Below, piece after piece: positions 34,048 through 43,490 of a DNA stretch of 64,000 nt. The stretch lies in the IMG/VR virus record IMGVR_UViG_3300047469_000094; one strand, 5' to 3'. A program made the translations under genes and the position numbers. The stretch's first letter is position 1, and every line of letters begins with the position of its first letter. This DNA comes from a virus (Duplodnaviria > Heunggongvirae > Uroviricota > Caudoviricetes). The notes under the pieces were generated by a model. The model had not been told where the DNA came from. It made no database searches and saw only the letters and a program-made list of their open reading frames with translations.

Positions 34048-35052
34048 TTACCAGCGTTGGTTACGAGGAACGGGTCCTCGGTTACGTTGGTTCTGTGGTA
34101 GGTGAGGCCGAATGTCGTCCGTACGGTAAGTCACAGTACTCGCAGATCGAGCAATCTCATCGTAGAACTGGGTATGAAGTTCTTCCCCAAACCGATTAAT
34201 ACGACGAGAGGCTTCGTTACGAGAATTCTGCCTTCCCAAAGTCAACTCTCTAACAATCTCTCGATCTATTTCATCGACAATAGTCAGTTCTTGTGCCCTC
34301 GTCATCTGACGAAGAAACCCATTACGACCCATGTTGTCATTAATTTGACGTGCGGCCATATCGGCTAATTCCGCCATGGCACCCTGCCGAACATTACGCC
34401 ATTCCGCAGTAACGTCACCATCAAAATCCGCAGCTCGGAAGGTATCGTGGGGCCCACCAATAGTTGTGGTCATAGCTCCTATCGGTCTTTCGTTAGCCCA
34501 TCTATCAAATGCGTGGACTCCATATACCCCACCTACACGATCTGTCATCCGCGACAAACGAGCCAGGTGAATATCACGGATAGTCTGGCTTTCGACTAGA
34601 GTACTATCGTCGGTAACATCTGGGAAAGACGAGGGGTATGACGGTCCCAGGTAAACCTCTTGACAGAGATTTGATTGGTATCTCCCTACCCCCAAAGGCT
34701 TCTCCGCCATAGACTTGAATCGACCCATAGCCTCAAGGTTTGCCTCGTAGACGTTAGAAGACTTCTTTACCGCCTCCTCCCCGTCAACGTAAAAACTACA
34801 CACCGACAATCGATCCGGATCATTGACTGAACCTTGAACGAACCGGGCCCCTTTGATTGCACGCAGTAGTTTCACCGGAGAGCCTAGAAGCAGGCTCACT
34901 ACGTTGGTTGCCAACTTCTCTGTACCAGGTCCACCCGGGTCATGCATGATCGATACTACCCTTTTTACAGGGTCGTTCGAAAAGAAGTCCTTGGGAGTCC
35001 TAAGAGAGAGCCTCGCTTCCGGAGGCAAACTAAACAAGACGTTTGAATACAT
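34048..35052 (-). CDS. hypothetical protein
   Basis: 334-aa ORF inside the split-polymerase interval; no endonuclease or intein motifs seen. Confidence 0.55.
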   Translation of the reverse strand: MYSNVLFSLPPEARLSLRTPKDFFSNDPVKRVVSIMHDPGGPGTEKLATNVVSLLLGSPVKLLRAIKGARFVQGSVNDPDRLSVCSFYVDGEEAVKKSSNVYEANLEAMGRFKSMAEKPLGVGRYQSNLCQEVYLGPSYPSSFPDVTDDSTLVESQTIRDIHLARLSRMTDRVGGVYGVHAFDRWANERPIGAMTTTIGGPHDTFRAADFDGDVTAEWRNVRQGAMAELADMAARQINDNMGRNGFLRQMTRAQELTIVDEIDREIVRELTLGRQNSRNEASRRINRFGEELHTQFYDEIARSASTVTYRTDDIRPHLPQNQRNRGPVPRNQRW

Positions 35053-35058
35053 CTCAGA

Positions 35059-35358
35059 TCACTCTGTGGTTAGTGGGAAGGGTTTGACCATTTCTCGGTA
35101 GTCGCTAAGAACTTGGGTACCGAACTTAATGCTGGCGGTGATGTCAACGTGGACTACTTCTCCCGGACACCTCTCAGGCTGAAAGAAGTGAACACCAAGG
35201 ACAGACCTACGAAGATCCATAGGACTGCCCATGACATACGAGAAGGCCGGTGCCAAGAACCCGCCATCAGCAGAGTAGACACTGGCCTCGATAATCGCAT
35301 CTTCTACATGTAGCCTTAACTCAAGAGGCTTACTCAGCCTCATCGTAGATATCATCAT
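35059..35358 (-). CDS. hypothetical protein
   Basis: 99-aa ORF. Confidence 0.4.
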   Translation of the reverse strand: MMISTMRLSKPLELRLHVEDAIIEASVYSADGGFLAPAFSYVMGSPMDLRRSVLGVHFFQPERCPGEVVHVDITASIKFGTQVLSDYREMVKPFPLTTE

Positions 35359-35990
35359 CGAAAGTTGGCCCGTTGGAGTATTTCACTAGGCCTAGACGAT
35401 ATCACAGCTAAGTAAAGTTCGGAAGAGGTTACTGAGCAACGGACGTGTTCAGGGTCATCTGGAACTGGCTGCATGTCGAATCTGATCCGAAGATCTGCCC
35501 CAGAAATCTCATGGGTAACCCCAAGCCCTTTCGCCTTTAAGTTAATAAAACGGACAAGCCTATTACGCAGCTCCCGTTCAAACGCAGCCGCATACTGAGT
35601 ATCACTCATCATCTCTGCGCTAACGATAGTGCTTATCCATTCCGCTTTGAGGTGGACAGGGCTAGGGGCACGGGGGAACCCCTTCGTAACCGTGGTTTCG
35701 AGGGTGTAATCAAAGCCATTCCCCGGGTCTTCAAAAAGAAGGTAGGGACCAAGAACACCCCTTAGCGCACGAGGATTGACGACAGTGTTAATCCGTACGA
35801 GCTGAACGTTGAAACCATCCACAGGCGTAACACTTATCGCACGTCGGTAGTAGTCTCCTCGGAAACTACCCAACCCCAGATACTTGATCGTCTCTCCAGG
35901 CTTTGGTTTTAGGAAGAGTTTCATCCCCGGTAGTTCTCCCGCGTGTAAGCGTTCTGTTCGAAGCCCCGGGAATTGGTGTCCTGAAGCCAA
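35355..35990 (-). CDS. hypothetical protein
   Basis: 211-aa ORF. Confidence 0.5.
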   Translation of the reverse strand: MASGHQFPGLRTERLHAGELPGMKLFLKPKPGETIKYLGLGSFRGDYYRRAISVTPVDGFNVQLVRINTVVNPRALRGVLGPYLLFEDPGNGFDYTLETTVTKGFPRAPSPVHLKAEWISTIVSAEMMSDTQYAAAFERELRNRLVRFINLKAKGLGVTHEISGADLRIRFDMQPVPDDPEHVRCSVTSSELYLAVISSRPSEILQRANFR

Positions 35991-36171
35991 CCGTCGTTAA
36001 AGAAATTGCCCTCGTAGCTGTTATCCACTAAGTGAACCCCGTGGACCAGAGAAAATCTGATCCTTGGATTCTTAACAATGATTCCTGAGTACTGATTCTG
36101 AATCTCTACCAGAGAGCCGTCGGCACTCGCCTTACGGATGTAGAAGTTACTCCTCTCGTATATCCTCAGCT

Positions 36172-37530
36172 TTATTCGTCGCATTCCCCCACCTCCTCTT
36201 CCTCGGACTCTTCTTCGCCTTCAACCACCTTCTTCCTCTTGGTCAGGGCAGGGAGCTTGTCTTCGTACCCGCCAAGACCACTCTCAGGTAAGAAGTCCCA
36301 GACAGCCTTCTTCAGACTGTAGTTGTTCTTCAACCCAGAGTTGATCGCGTGCAGTAACAGCAACGTATCGAACGCAGCGTTAACCACACGGACACCGGTA
36401 GTAACGAAGGTGTAAATGATATCGAACTTGATGTTGTGACCAACCTTAGGTCGTTGAGACAGAAGCAATTCTGCAATCAACGGCCAAGCTTCGTTTGAAT
36501 CGTAGAAGTTGTTGGCCCTGTGCCACAGAGGGAATACCAATGCCTTAATCACGCCATCCGCAGGGTCCGTGTATCCGAACTGAGCAGTGATGATCTTTGC
36601 GTTAGCCGCCCAGGCATCAAGGCTCGTCGTCTCCAAGTCGAAGCTGATGATCTTGTTCGCCGGAAGGTCGTTAAGGATCTTGATCATGGCTCTGACGTCA
36701 GTCATAGATCGAGCAATGGTGATCCGAGTTGAAGCTTCGGCCAGAGCATCGTCAAGACTTACTACCTTCAGGTCGCCACGAGCAATCCGTGCAGCCTTAG
36801 CGAAGTCACGATCAAGGACTTCGAAGTAGTCCGGACCCCATTCTTTACCTGAGGCATTCTGACGGATCATCGTCAAGGACTTAGGGTGGAGAGTGATCAC
36901 CGCAGTACCGTAGTCAGTCGTGTGGAATTCACCACGGTTAGACGAACAGGTGGCCTTGATACCCAGAGCACTGATCGAGTTCGTAGACATCACGATGATC
37001 GCCTTAGGCTTGATCCTGCGAAGTTCCTCGTGAAGGTAGGGAGTACATGGTTTGATCTTGGTGGTTGTCACGGTTTGACCCCGAAGGTCAGACGCTTGCG
37101 GCAAGCACTTAAGAGTACTGACTACGGCGTAGCTCAACCGTTGAAAATATTTCTGAGCCAGGAAGCCAATGATGTCCCGGTAGATACGCTCCATTTCATC
37201 AGAGGATTTGTACATCTGGGCTAAAGCGTTGTGGTCCTGAACTATGACGATATCGACCTGTTGAGTGGTCAAAGTCACTTGTTTAGGACGACGACTGGAT
37301 GGGCACAGACCACAGGCCGAGTTGCAGTACCGATCCTGGATCTTGGAGAAGTCTTCCTTCTCGATGATCTGCTTCCGGATCGAAGGCATCATCTTCCCGA
37401 TCTCGGCTGCCTTGGCGTACAGCTCGTCCAAGCTCAGCTCGTTCGTCTTCTTGGCTCTTGGTTTCTTAACTTTTCCGGATGGGGTGGCCGTATCTCCCAG
37501 GCCCCCGATCGGTTTGAAGTTAGTAGACAT
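36172..37530 (-). CDS. DNA polymerase N-terminal subunit: UDG-superfamily-like domain fused to 3'-5' exonuclease (Exo I and Exo II motifs)
   Basis: Exo I ISFDLETTSLD, Exo II HNIKFDIIY; upstream half has family-4-UDG-like blocks (KCLP, TLHPKS); acidic C-terminal tail; no Exo III in this ORF. Confidence 0.8.
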   Translation of the reverse strand: MSTNFKPIGGLGDTATPSGKVKKPRAKKTNELSLDELYAKAAEIGKMMPSIRKQIIEKEDFSKIQDRYCNSACGLCPSSRRPKQVTLTTQQVDIVIVQDHNALAQMYKSSDEMERIYRDIIGFLAQKYFQRLSYAVVSTLKCLPQASDLRGQTVTTTKIKPCTPYLHEELRRIKPKAIIVMSTNSISALGIKATCSSNRGEFHTTDYGTAVITLHPKSLTMIRQNASGKEWGPDYFEVLDRDFAKAARIARGDLKVVSLDDALAEASTRITIARSMTDVRAMIKILNDLPANKIISFDLETTSLDAWAANAKIITAQFGYTDPADGVIKALVFPLWHRANNFYDSNEAWPLIAELLLSQRPKVGHNIKFDIIYTFVTTGVRVVNAAFDTLLLLHAINSGLKNNYSLKKAVWDFLPESGLGGYEDKLPALTKRKKVVEGEEESEEEEVGECDE

Positions 37531-37578
37531 GGTGAAAACCTCTAAGTGTTATGGGGTGTTACATCATTGTTATACCAC

Positions 37579-37587
37579 ACATAGGTC
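37579..37587 (-). promoter_or_regulatory. extended -10-like promoter element (minus strand TGGTATAAC + AATGATG)
   Basis: ~45 nt upstream of start codon of 36172..37530. Confidence 0.4.
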
Positions 37588-37860
37588 GATGTGGGGAAGT
37601 CTGTTTTTTAGGAAACGATCTGTAAGGTCTCTTAGAGCCACGACTGGATCTAGGAGCTACCCTTGCCAGGGGTGAAGTTAGATCGTTGCTCAGATCGCAT
37701 CTCAGGAGCTCACAGTGCGTAGGAAGGGGTCTCAGGGTGATCGTAGGTATGGTCGTAGTAGAATACTGCGGCGAGGCCCTTCAAAGCACCTCTGAAACCA
37801 TTGATCTAGAGCCTGCGCGGAAAGAGGCCTTGATCTACGTGGCCTCCAGAGGCATGTCTA

Positions 37861-38520
37861 AGCCGTAGACAAACCATGTCTACGCTAAGAGGCCCGTGCT
37901 AGAGCCTTTAGACAAAATATTAGACATCTAGACAAAGTTTTGTCTAAGTCATGTCTACGGCTGCAGGCCGCGGCCCGTATGGCTTTGAGGGGTGCGCTAG
38001 ACATTTAGACATGAATTTTCTCCGCACAAGCACTAGGGCTCAGAAACCAGGAAATAAAAAACAAGAAATGGAGACAGTCATATACATACTATATATATTT
38101 ATATATTTATAACTATATATATGTACCCATGACATGGCTATGGCTGTTGTGTAAAGAATGTTGAACACGAGGTTGTAGAGTTGTTTTTTTATTTGTGTGT
38201 TTCCAAGCTCTGGGTGCTCGTGCGGAGAAAATTCATGTCTTTTTGTCTAAAAGAGGCTGAAAGCCACGGCCCGCCTGGGCTGCAGCCGTAGACATGACTT
38301 AGACATGAACTTTTGGAAATGTCTAAAACTTTGTCTAATCGCTCTAGGACGGGCCTCTCAGCGTAGACATGACTTTGTCTAGTTTTGTCTAAAAATGTCT
38401 AAAAGTAGAAAAGTCATGTCTTGATGTCTTAGATAATGAGAACGAATATCAACAAGTAGTCGTAACCCTGTTCGACATCTGACTCAGGGTGTTGAGAATA
38501 CTTTACACATTTAGACATGG
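37861..38520. repeat. iteron array (about 20 copies of TAGACAT / ATGTCTA-type 7-8-mers in both orientations) flanking an AT-rich core and a large imperfect palindrome; candidate origin of replication or centromere-like site
   Basis: ORF-poor 1.1-kb region; repeats gtagacaaaccatgtctac, tagacatctagacaaagttttgtctaagtcatgtctac and others; AT core atatacatactatatatatttatatatttataactatatatat; GC-rich inverted repeats at 37961-37983 and 38267-38291. Confidence 0.6.
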
Positions 38521-38638
38521 GCGGAGGGGATTGGATAGGATTGGACTATGACTGATCGTTGATCAATAGAAGATTGCTATTCTACTAGCTAAAAGAAAAG
38601 AGGACCGAAGTCCTCTCTCTTGACCCTGAGGTCAGTTC

Positions 38639-38836
38639 TTAACGAACGAATTCGCAGAACGAAGATTTTGCAATCTGAAGCATGTCGTTGTCAGAGTAGG
38701 AACGCTTGACTTGGCGAGCTTCCTCTCGGGTCAACATTGGGCCGAGGCGCACACGGAGTGTACCACGTTCAACCAGGAAGTACGAATTAACTCGTGGAGC
38801 AGGGGTAGTAACGGCGTTGGTACGAGGAGTAGTCAT
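38639..38836 (-). CDS. hypothetical small protein
   Basis: 65-aa ORF. Confidence 0.4.
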   Translation of the reverse strand: MTTPRTNAVTTPAPRVNSYFLVERGTLRVRLGPMLTREEARQVKRSYSDNDMLQIAKSSFCEFVR

Positions 38837-38902
38837 GTCTATAAACTCAAGAGGTCGTGGGGGATTCCACGCCTATGAGTCTATGGTAGTGACCGGGTTT
38901 TG

Positions 38903-39256
38903 TCAATACGGCTGAAGAGTATCGTACAGCACAGACCAACCTTCGCCTTTCGCAGTTACAACGTCAGCGGTGAGTAGACCGTTGTTGAAGTATGTCTTGA
39001 GAAGGATCGCTACCTCGCCATTGAACATACACGGCATGTCTTTACCGATAGGAGTTCTCTTCTCCACCACGTTGTCTTCATCCCTGGTCACAACTTCGTT
39101 CAAAGCACTGATCATGTATGCGTTCATGCTTTGACGACCCGCACGGGCCAGGACTGCGATACGATCCCGGAGACCGTCTTCGAGACGAACTACGAACTTG
39201 TCAGCAGTCCGAGACTGACCATTCATTACACGAGGAGTACGGGTTGGGTGAGTCAT
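38903..39256 (-). CDS. Arc/MetJ-type ribbon-helix-helix DNA-binding protein
   Basis: FVVRLEDGLRDRIAVLARAGRQSMNAYMISALNEVV matches the Arc-like RHH consensus (fnlRlp.elrerl...a...grSmNaei). Confidence 0.65.
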   Translation of the reverse strand: MTHPTRTPRVMNGQSRTADKFVVRLEDGLRDRIAVLARAGRQSMNAYMISALNEVVTRDEDNVVEKRTPIGKDMPCMFNGEVAILLKTYFNNGLLTADVVTAKGEGWSVLYDTLQPY

Positions 39257-39265
39257 GGTTATTCC

Positions 39266-39826
39266 TTAGAACTTAAAGGGTACGAGGGCAAGGGTCTCTT
39301 TAGCGGAGGCAAGTTCAGCACGAAGCTGACGAATGGTCTCCTCCTGATCCGACATGTGACTTAACGCCGCGTTAAGAGTAGTGTTTGCCACGTCATAGTC
39401 ACGACGCAGGACATACTTACCACTCTTGTCTTCGGTGACCTCCCCACGCTTGTTAATGCCGTAACGATCAGGGTAAGGAATTGCCCGGAGAGACTCTTTG
39501 CCACAATGCTTCAACCAGAACTCAGTCAACGCTTGACCGATGATCTCTCCTACTTGGTCCTGAAGTTTTTCAGGCTCTGGGAGATACGAGATGCGGCCCC
39601 AGCCGCGAACTCGCAGAAAAGCTTCAACGCCTGTCTCTTCAACAGCGTCTTCAACGTGGTTGTCAGCAACCATCGTGCTAGTAGAATCATTTAGGTACCC
39701 ATACTTGTTAAACGTGAATGGAGGGGTGTACAGGTCCAACGCTCGCTGGAATACAGTTTGCTCGCTCATACTCGTTGTACCTTGATCTAGTGATGTCTGG
39801 TGGAGTGAAGAACGCACGGTCCTCAT
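39266..39826 (-). CDS. hypothetical protein
   Basis: 186-aa ORF. Confidence 0.5.
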   Translation of the reverse strand: MRTVRSSLHQTSLDQGTTSMSEQTVFQRALDLYTPPFTFNKYGYLNDSTSTMVADNHVEDAVEETGVEAFLRVRGWGRISYLPEPEKLQDQVGEIIGQALTEFWLKHCGKESLRAIPYPDRYGINKRGEVTEDKSGKYVLRRDYDVANTTLNAALSHMSDQEETIRQLRAELASAKETLALVPFKF

Positions 39827-40556
39827 CCCATTTGTAATAGGTGATACGGTGAGAGACCGTACTCTTGCAGATGTCTAGTTTGAAGTGCTTGAGGATATCC
39901 GGAATAAACCCAGTGAAGCCCCGGACAGTAAGCTTACCCTTCTTCTCTTTAAAGGCGTCTTCAGCAGACATACCTGCACGGATAAGTCTACGAATTGTCT
40001 CTACCGCTAACGGTGGTTTGAACTGGGCATGGAGCTTAGCCAGGTTATCCGTTACTCCATTGACCGTGTAGACTTTGTAGCGACCGATTTTTTGATGAGC
40101 TGCACGAGTATGGGGTTGTGCCGGGGAGAAAGCCTCATCCACCGATATCCCCCGTTTGATTCGCTTGAATGCAGTATCCCGGGAGATGCTCAGGTTGAAG
40201 TGACGGATTATCTGAGTAGTGGTACCTCGGAAACCTTTATAAGTGAATCTCTCACCCACAGGAGGTACGAAGAAAACTTCTTCCAGAGACTGACCCTTTT
40301 CCATGCGCCAGTGTACCGTTGAGGTACACATATCGAGTTTGAAGTGTCTCAAGATCTCCTCGATAGTTCCCTTGAAGCCACGTACTTCGAAGACAGATCC
40401 ATGGCGGAAGCGAACATCCCCCAAGGCTTCCAGCATGTACTTCAAAGTGTTCCGGTTGACACCAAGGGCCTCCTGAATTTCTTTCTTTGAACGACCCTCG
40501 GCAGCCATAGCTCGGATCGTCTTCTCTACATCACACTGGAAGGCCTCTACTGCCAT
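39708..40556 (-). CDS. putative DNA-binding protein with N-terminal HTH and three tandem ~50-aa repeats
   Basis: Repeats VRGFKGTIEEILRHFKLDMCTST / YKGFRGTTTQIIRHFNLSISRDT / VRGFTGFIPDILKHFKLDICKST. Confidence 0.55.
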   Translation of the reverse strand: MAVEAFQCDVEKTIRAMAAEGRSKKEIQEALGVNRNTLKYMLEALGDVRFRHGSVFEVRGFKGTIEEILRHFKLDMCTSTVHWRMEKGQSLEEVFFVPPVGERFTYKGFRGTTTQIIRHFNLSISRDTAFKRIKRGISVDEAFSPAQPHTRAAHQKIGRYKVYTVNGVTDNLAKLHAQFKPPLAVETIRRLIRAGMSAEDAFKEKKGKLTVRGFTGFIPDILKHFKLDICKSTVSHRITYYKWDEDRAFFTPPDITRSRYNEYERANCIPASVGPVHPSIHV

Positions 40557-40561
40557 TTTGT

Positions 40562-40945
40562 TTACTCCTTGCAGCTTTTGTACAGAATAGCCATCAGGCG
40601 AACGATGATTACGCTCACGACAATGGCAACGATTTTCTCTGCTACATGACCGTAGTAGATCACTGTTGCGGACAGGAGGATGCCCATGAGGCCGTCGATC
40701 ATAGCCTCGCGGTAATCACGAATATCTTCAGGCTTCGGCCTACGAAAACCTTCGCTGTCCTCACGCTCCTTGCGCCGAAGGTGGATAGTAAGGAGAAGGA
40801 CTCCGATGGGAAATGCCGCGAGGAGCAGGATAGGGAGAAGACTTGTCTTGCCACCATCCAGGATAGCGGAGGTGATAAGCACACCAGTCAGGATGATGCT
40901 GAACCAGGTGGTGAACTTGAATTTGCTGAATAAAAAGTCTTTCAT
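40562..40945 (-). CDS. hypothetical membrane protein
   Basis: 127-aa ORF, 3-4 hydrophobic segments. Confidence 0.55.
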   Translation of the reverse strand: MKDFLFSKFKFTTWFSIILTGVLITSAILDGGKTSLLPILLLAAFPIGVLLLTIHLRRKEREDSEGFRRPKPEDIRDYREAMIDGLMGILLSATVIYYGHVAEKIVAIVVSVIIVRLMAILYKSCKE

Positions 40946-41565
40946 TGTGGGAAGGCCTCAATTGGAGAGTTTTTGAAAGTGTGTCGGATGAAGTCAAGCG
41001 CAGTTAACTCACCGGTTTCACCCTTGACGTAAGCGATGGTAGCAGTACGCTCTCTCCGTACGTGGGGCAGAGTCATATCCTCTACAGTCACGGTAACTCC
41101 GTACGAAGTTGCCGCCACGATGAACTTCTTAAGGTCATTAGGATTGGTGATAGCGATTGCTCGTTGAAGCTTTTTAATAGCCTCTACATCGCCACGAACC
41201 GCATACGTGTAACTGTGCCCCGGAACTGTCAACGTTACAGAGGGGAACTCCCCGTCAGTCACGACCATATCGTAACCTTCGTTTACCTTAGGCATATGCT
41301 GGACAAGGCCAGTAGTGATGTCCGTTGGAACCAGTGGCATATCCAAGATCGCACCCTGGATACAGGCCACGATATGAGCATAGTCCCAACCTGGATTGGC
41401 TTGGATATCAGTAGCCGCCTCCAACGCTAACTTCAGTGCCTGTGCTTGTTTTTCTACGTTACGCATCGTTGCCTCCCCAAGTTGCAGCCGAGGCCTCCTT
41501 AGGTGTAAGTCTGATTGGAATGTCGATCTCGACGCCGTCGCCGAAGACCTCGAAGTCTTTGTCAC
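40942..41565 (-). CDS. hypothetical protein
   Basis: 207-aa ORF. Confidence 0.55.
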   Translation of the reverse strand: MTKTSRSSATASRSTFQSDLHLRRPRLQLGEATMRNVEKQAQALKLALEAATDIQANPGWDYAHIVACIQGAILDMPLVPTDITTGLVQHMPKVNEGYDMVVTDGEFPSVTLTVPGHSYTYAVRGDVEAIKKLQRAIAITNPNDLKKFIVAATSYGVTVTVEDMTLPHVRRERTATIAYVKGETGELTALDFIRHTFKNSPIEAFPQ

Positions 41566-41662
41566 AAGAGCACACCGTTGGTTCTAACGAATGTGCTCCA
41601 CAAAATACACAGTTTTCCACTTTGATCCTCCCGGATTGAATTATTGTTCTAGCTACAAATGC

Positions 41663-41671
41663 CTTATACCA
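41663..41671 (-). promoter_or_regulatory. extended -10-like promoter element (minus strand TGGTATAAG)
   Basis: ~95 nt upstream of 40942..41565. Confidence 0.35.
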
Positions 41672-41699
41672 GTACCTACCAGTTCTATTGCACGACGCG

Positions 41700-42053
41700 T
41701 CATTGCTTTGTACTCAGTTGTTTTTCTAGTAGTGCTACTCGGAGTTCGAGTTCGCAGATATGTTTATATGCTTTGACCCTTTCCACGGGCATATCCGGAC
41801 GGTCGATCAAGATCCTAGTCTTAGCAACCTGACAGTCATGGTTGTTTTTCCAGTGAAGTTCCCCTGCGGTTGGAGCACGTTTGTTCCAGGTTTCTAACGC
41901 CTTTACTTCCAAGTAGAAATGCTCAGAAGTAACTTCGCAGATAGGGCAGTACACGTAGTAGAAAGAGTCATCATCTTGAATGACCATCGGTCGATCAAAG
42001 TTTTTATGAGGACCGCAGAATGGACAATCCTCAATCGTCGGTCTCTGAGTCAT
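41700..42053 (-). CDS. hypothetical zinc-finger protein
   Basis: 117-aa ORF; CPFCGP...CPIC motifs. Confidence 0.5.
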   Translation of the reverse strand: MTQRPTIEDCPFCGPHKNFDRPMVIQDDDSFYYVYCPICEVTSEHFYLEVKALETWNKRAPTAGELHWKNNHDCQVAKTRILIDRPDMPVERVKAYKHICELELRVALLEKQLSTKQ

Positions 42054-42454
42054 CCGCCCTTCTCCTCTTCATGAACAAAGGTCAGTCCGTGTTCCTTGAA
42101 GTAGTCTTCGATTGGGTAACGACCGTCTTTGTTCAGGGTGTGAGTGCAGTATGCATCGTTGAGCAACTGCTCTGCTCGGGCCAGCCTCTTGCTGAGAGAA
42201 AAATCATCAGAGCTAAGACTGTTCTCCAGAAGAACCTTGTTCCCAGAATCGGACACATCGTTGCAGATACTGGCTACTCCCAGATTACTGGTCGAAGAAT
42301 GCTGATACTGCATAGCTTTTCTTCCTGCCAAGTTCATCTCGGTAGCCAGCCCTTGGATGTACTCCGCCAGTGCCTGGTACTTCTCAAGCAAAGACTTAGT
42401 CATAGACCGCTCCCAGATACTTGAAGAATGAATCCAGCATCTGAAACTCTTCAT
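42050..42454 (-). CDS. hypothetical protein
   Basis: 134-aa ORF. Confidence 0.5.
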   Translation of the reverse strand: MKSFRCWIHSSSIWERSMTKSLLEKYQALAEYIQGLATEMNLAGRKAMQYQHSSTSNLGVASICNDVSDSGNKVLLENSLSSDDFSLSKRLARAEQLLNDAYCTHTLNKDGRYPIEDYFKEHGLTFVHEEEKGG

Positions 42455-43418
42455 CAGTGGCAGGTTCGATGGTGTAGGAAAGGCTACCGGTCATACAGAG
42501 ACGGAAGCACGCGTTGGCCTTAACCAACTTCCACCACATAGGCCACTTATGTTTCATATGCATGGTTCTCGACACTGCATTGACGAATTGGTAGAGCACC
42601 GACAGATTCTTGTCTTGAGCGTCACCGCCATCAACGATGATCTCGGAAATCCGTACTTCGTCCCCTTCTTCTACGACCAATCGAAGTTTCTTGGTGAGAG
42701 GGGAGGTGCGAACGATCTCTGCCTTCCAAGGGGAGGAGAGGTTCTCCGCACCTTCTGGCACCGCCCAACCTTCTGGAGCCTCTCCCCGAGAAACTTTGAG
42801 TACTTCTACTTCCGGGACAGAGGCCTCTCGTTCCCGTTGCTTACGTACACTATCAAGACGACGATTTAGCATCTCTATTTGTCGCTCCATCTTCTGGAAT
42901 GCACCCATGGTGTATCCTGGATAGCACACAGCAACGCCTTGTTCCAGACGACGTTGTAGATTTGCAGGACCGTAGCCGTCTTCGTCGCAGTGATCGTCCC
43001 AGTGTTCGTGGATCTCTTCTGCGGCAGCAATCATGACTTGACGAAGTTCAATGCATTCGTTTTGAAGAGAACGCATAGCCTCGGCAGGGGATTTAGTCTC
43101 ACTGGCCTGAGGAACGTAGTCACTACGAGCCTTGAACATATCGTCGATATGTTTAGGTCGTAGACACAAGCCTTTCTCCAGATCAAGGATGTAGCCACGC
43201 ATCTGGTTGTACGAACCGATGCAGTAGCCACTAATCCACTTGGCTTCATCCGCTTCGATGGCATCGAGGATTTCTTTTTTATCAGATCCAAGACGATGCA
43301 TCTCTTCGCCGCAGGCAGTGAGCATGTGTTTCCGGCGAAGGATCTCTTTGCCGTCCTTCATGAGCATATCGATCAGTTGTTCCCGAGTGTACTTCTCGAA
43401 GATTGCATTGACGTCCAT
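42396..43418 (-). CDS. hypothetical protein
   Basis: 340-aa ORF. Confidence 0.55.
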   Translation of the reverse strand: MDVNAIFEKYTREQLIDMLMKDGKEILRRKHMLTACGEEMHRLGSDKKEILDAIEADEAKWISGYCIGSYNQMRGYILDLEKGLCLRPKHIDDMFKARSDYVPQASETKSPAEAMRSLQNECIELRQVMIAAAEEIHEHWDDHCDEDGYGPANLQRRLEQGVAVCYPGYTMGAFQKMERQIEMLNRRLDSVRKQREREASVPEVEVLKVSRGEAPEGWAVPEGAENLSSPWKAEIVRTSPLTKKLRLVVEEGDEVRISEIIVDGGDAQDKNLSVLYQFVNAVSRTMHMKHKWPMWWKLVKANACFRLCMTGSLSYTIEPATDEEFQMLDSFFKYLGAVYD

Positions 43419-43490
43419 AGTTACTTCCTACTGAAGAATACAAAGCTCCCACAGTGGGAGCAACCTAGCCGCCAGACGGCAGCCTTGTGG

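Noticed and set aside
30938-37530. Intein or group I intron explaining the split polymerase
   Set aside because: The intervening 3.4 kb contains several separate ORFs with their own RBSs. No LAGLIDADG, HNH or GIY-YIG motifs and no obvious intron core elements are visible. Without alignment to an intact homolog this remains open, not demonstrated.
37861-38520. CRISPR array
   Set aside because: The repeats are only 7-8 nt, occur in both orientations and are irregularly spaced around an AT-rich palindromic core. There are no 25-40-nt direct repeats with unique spacers. The pattern is iteron- or origin-like.
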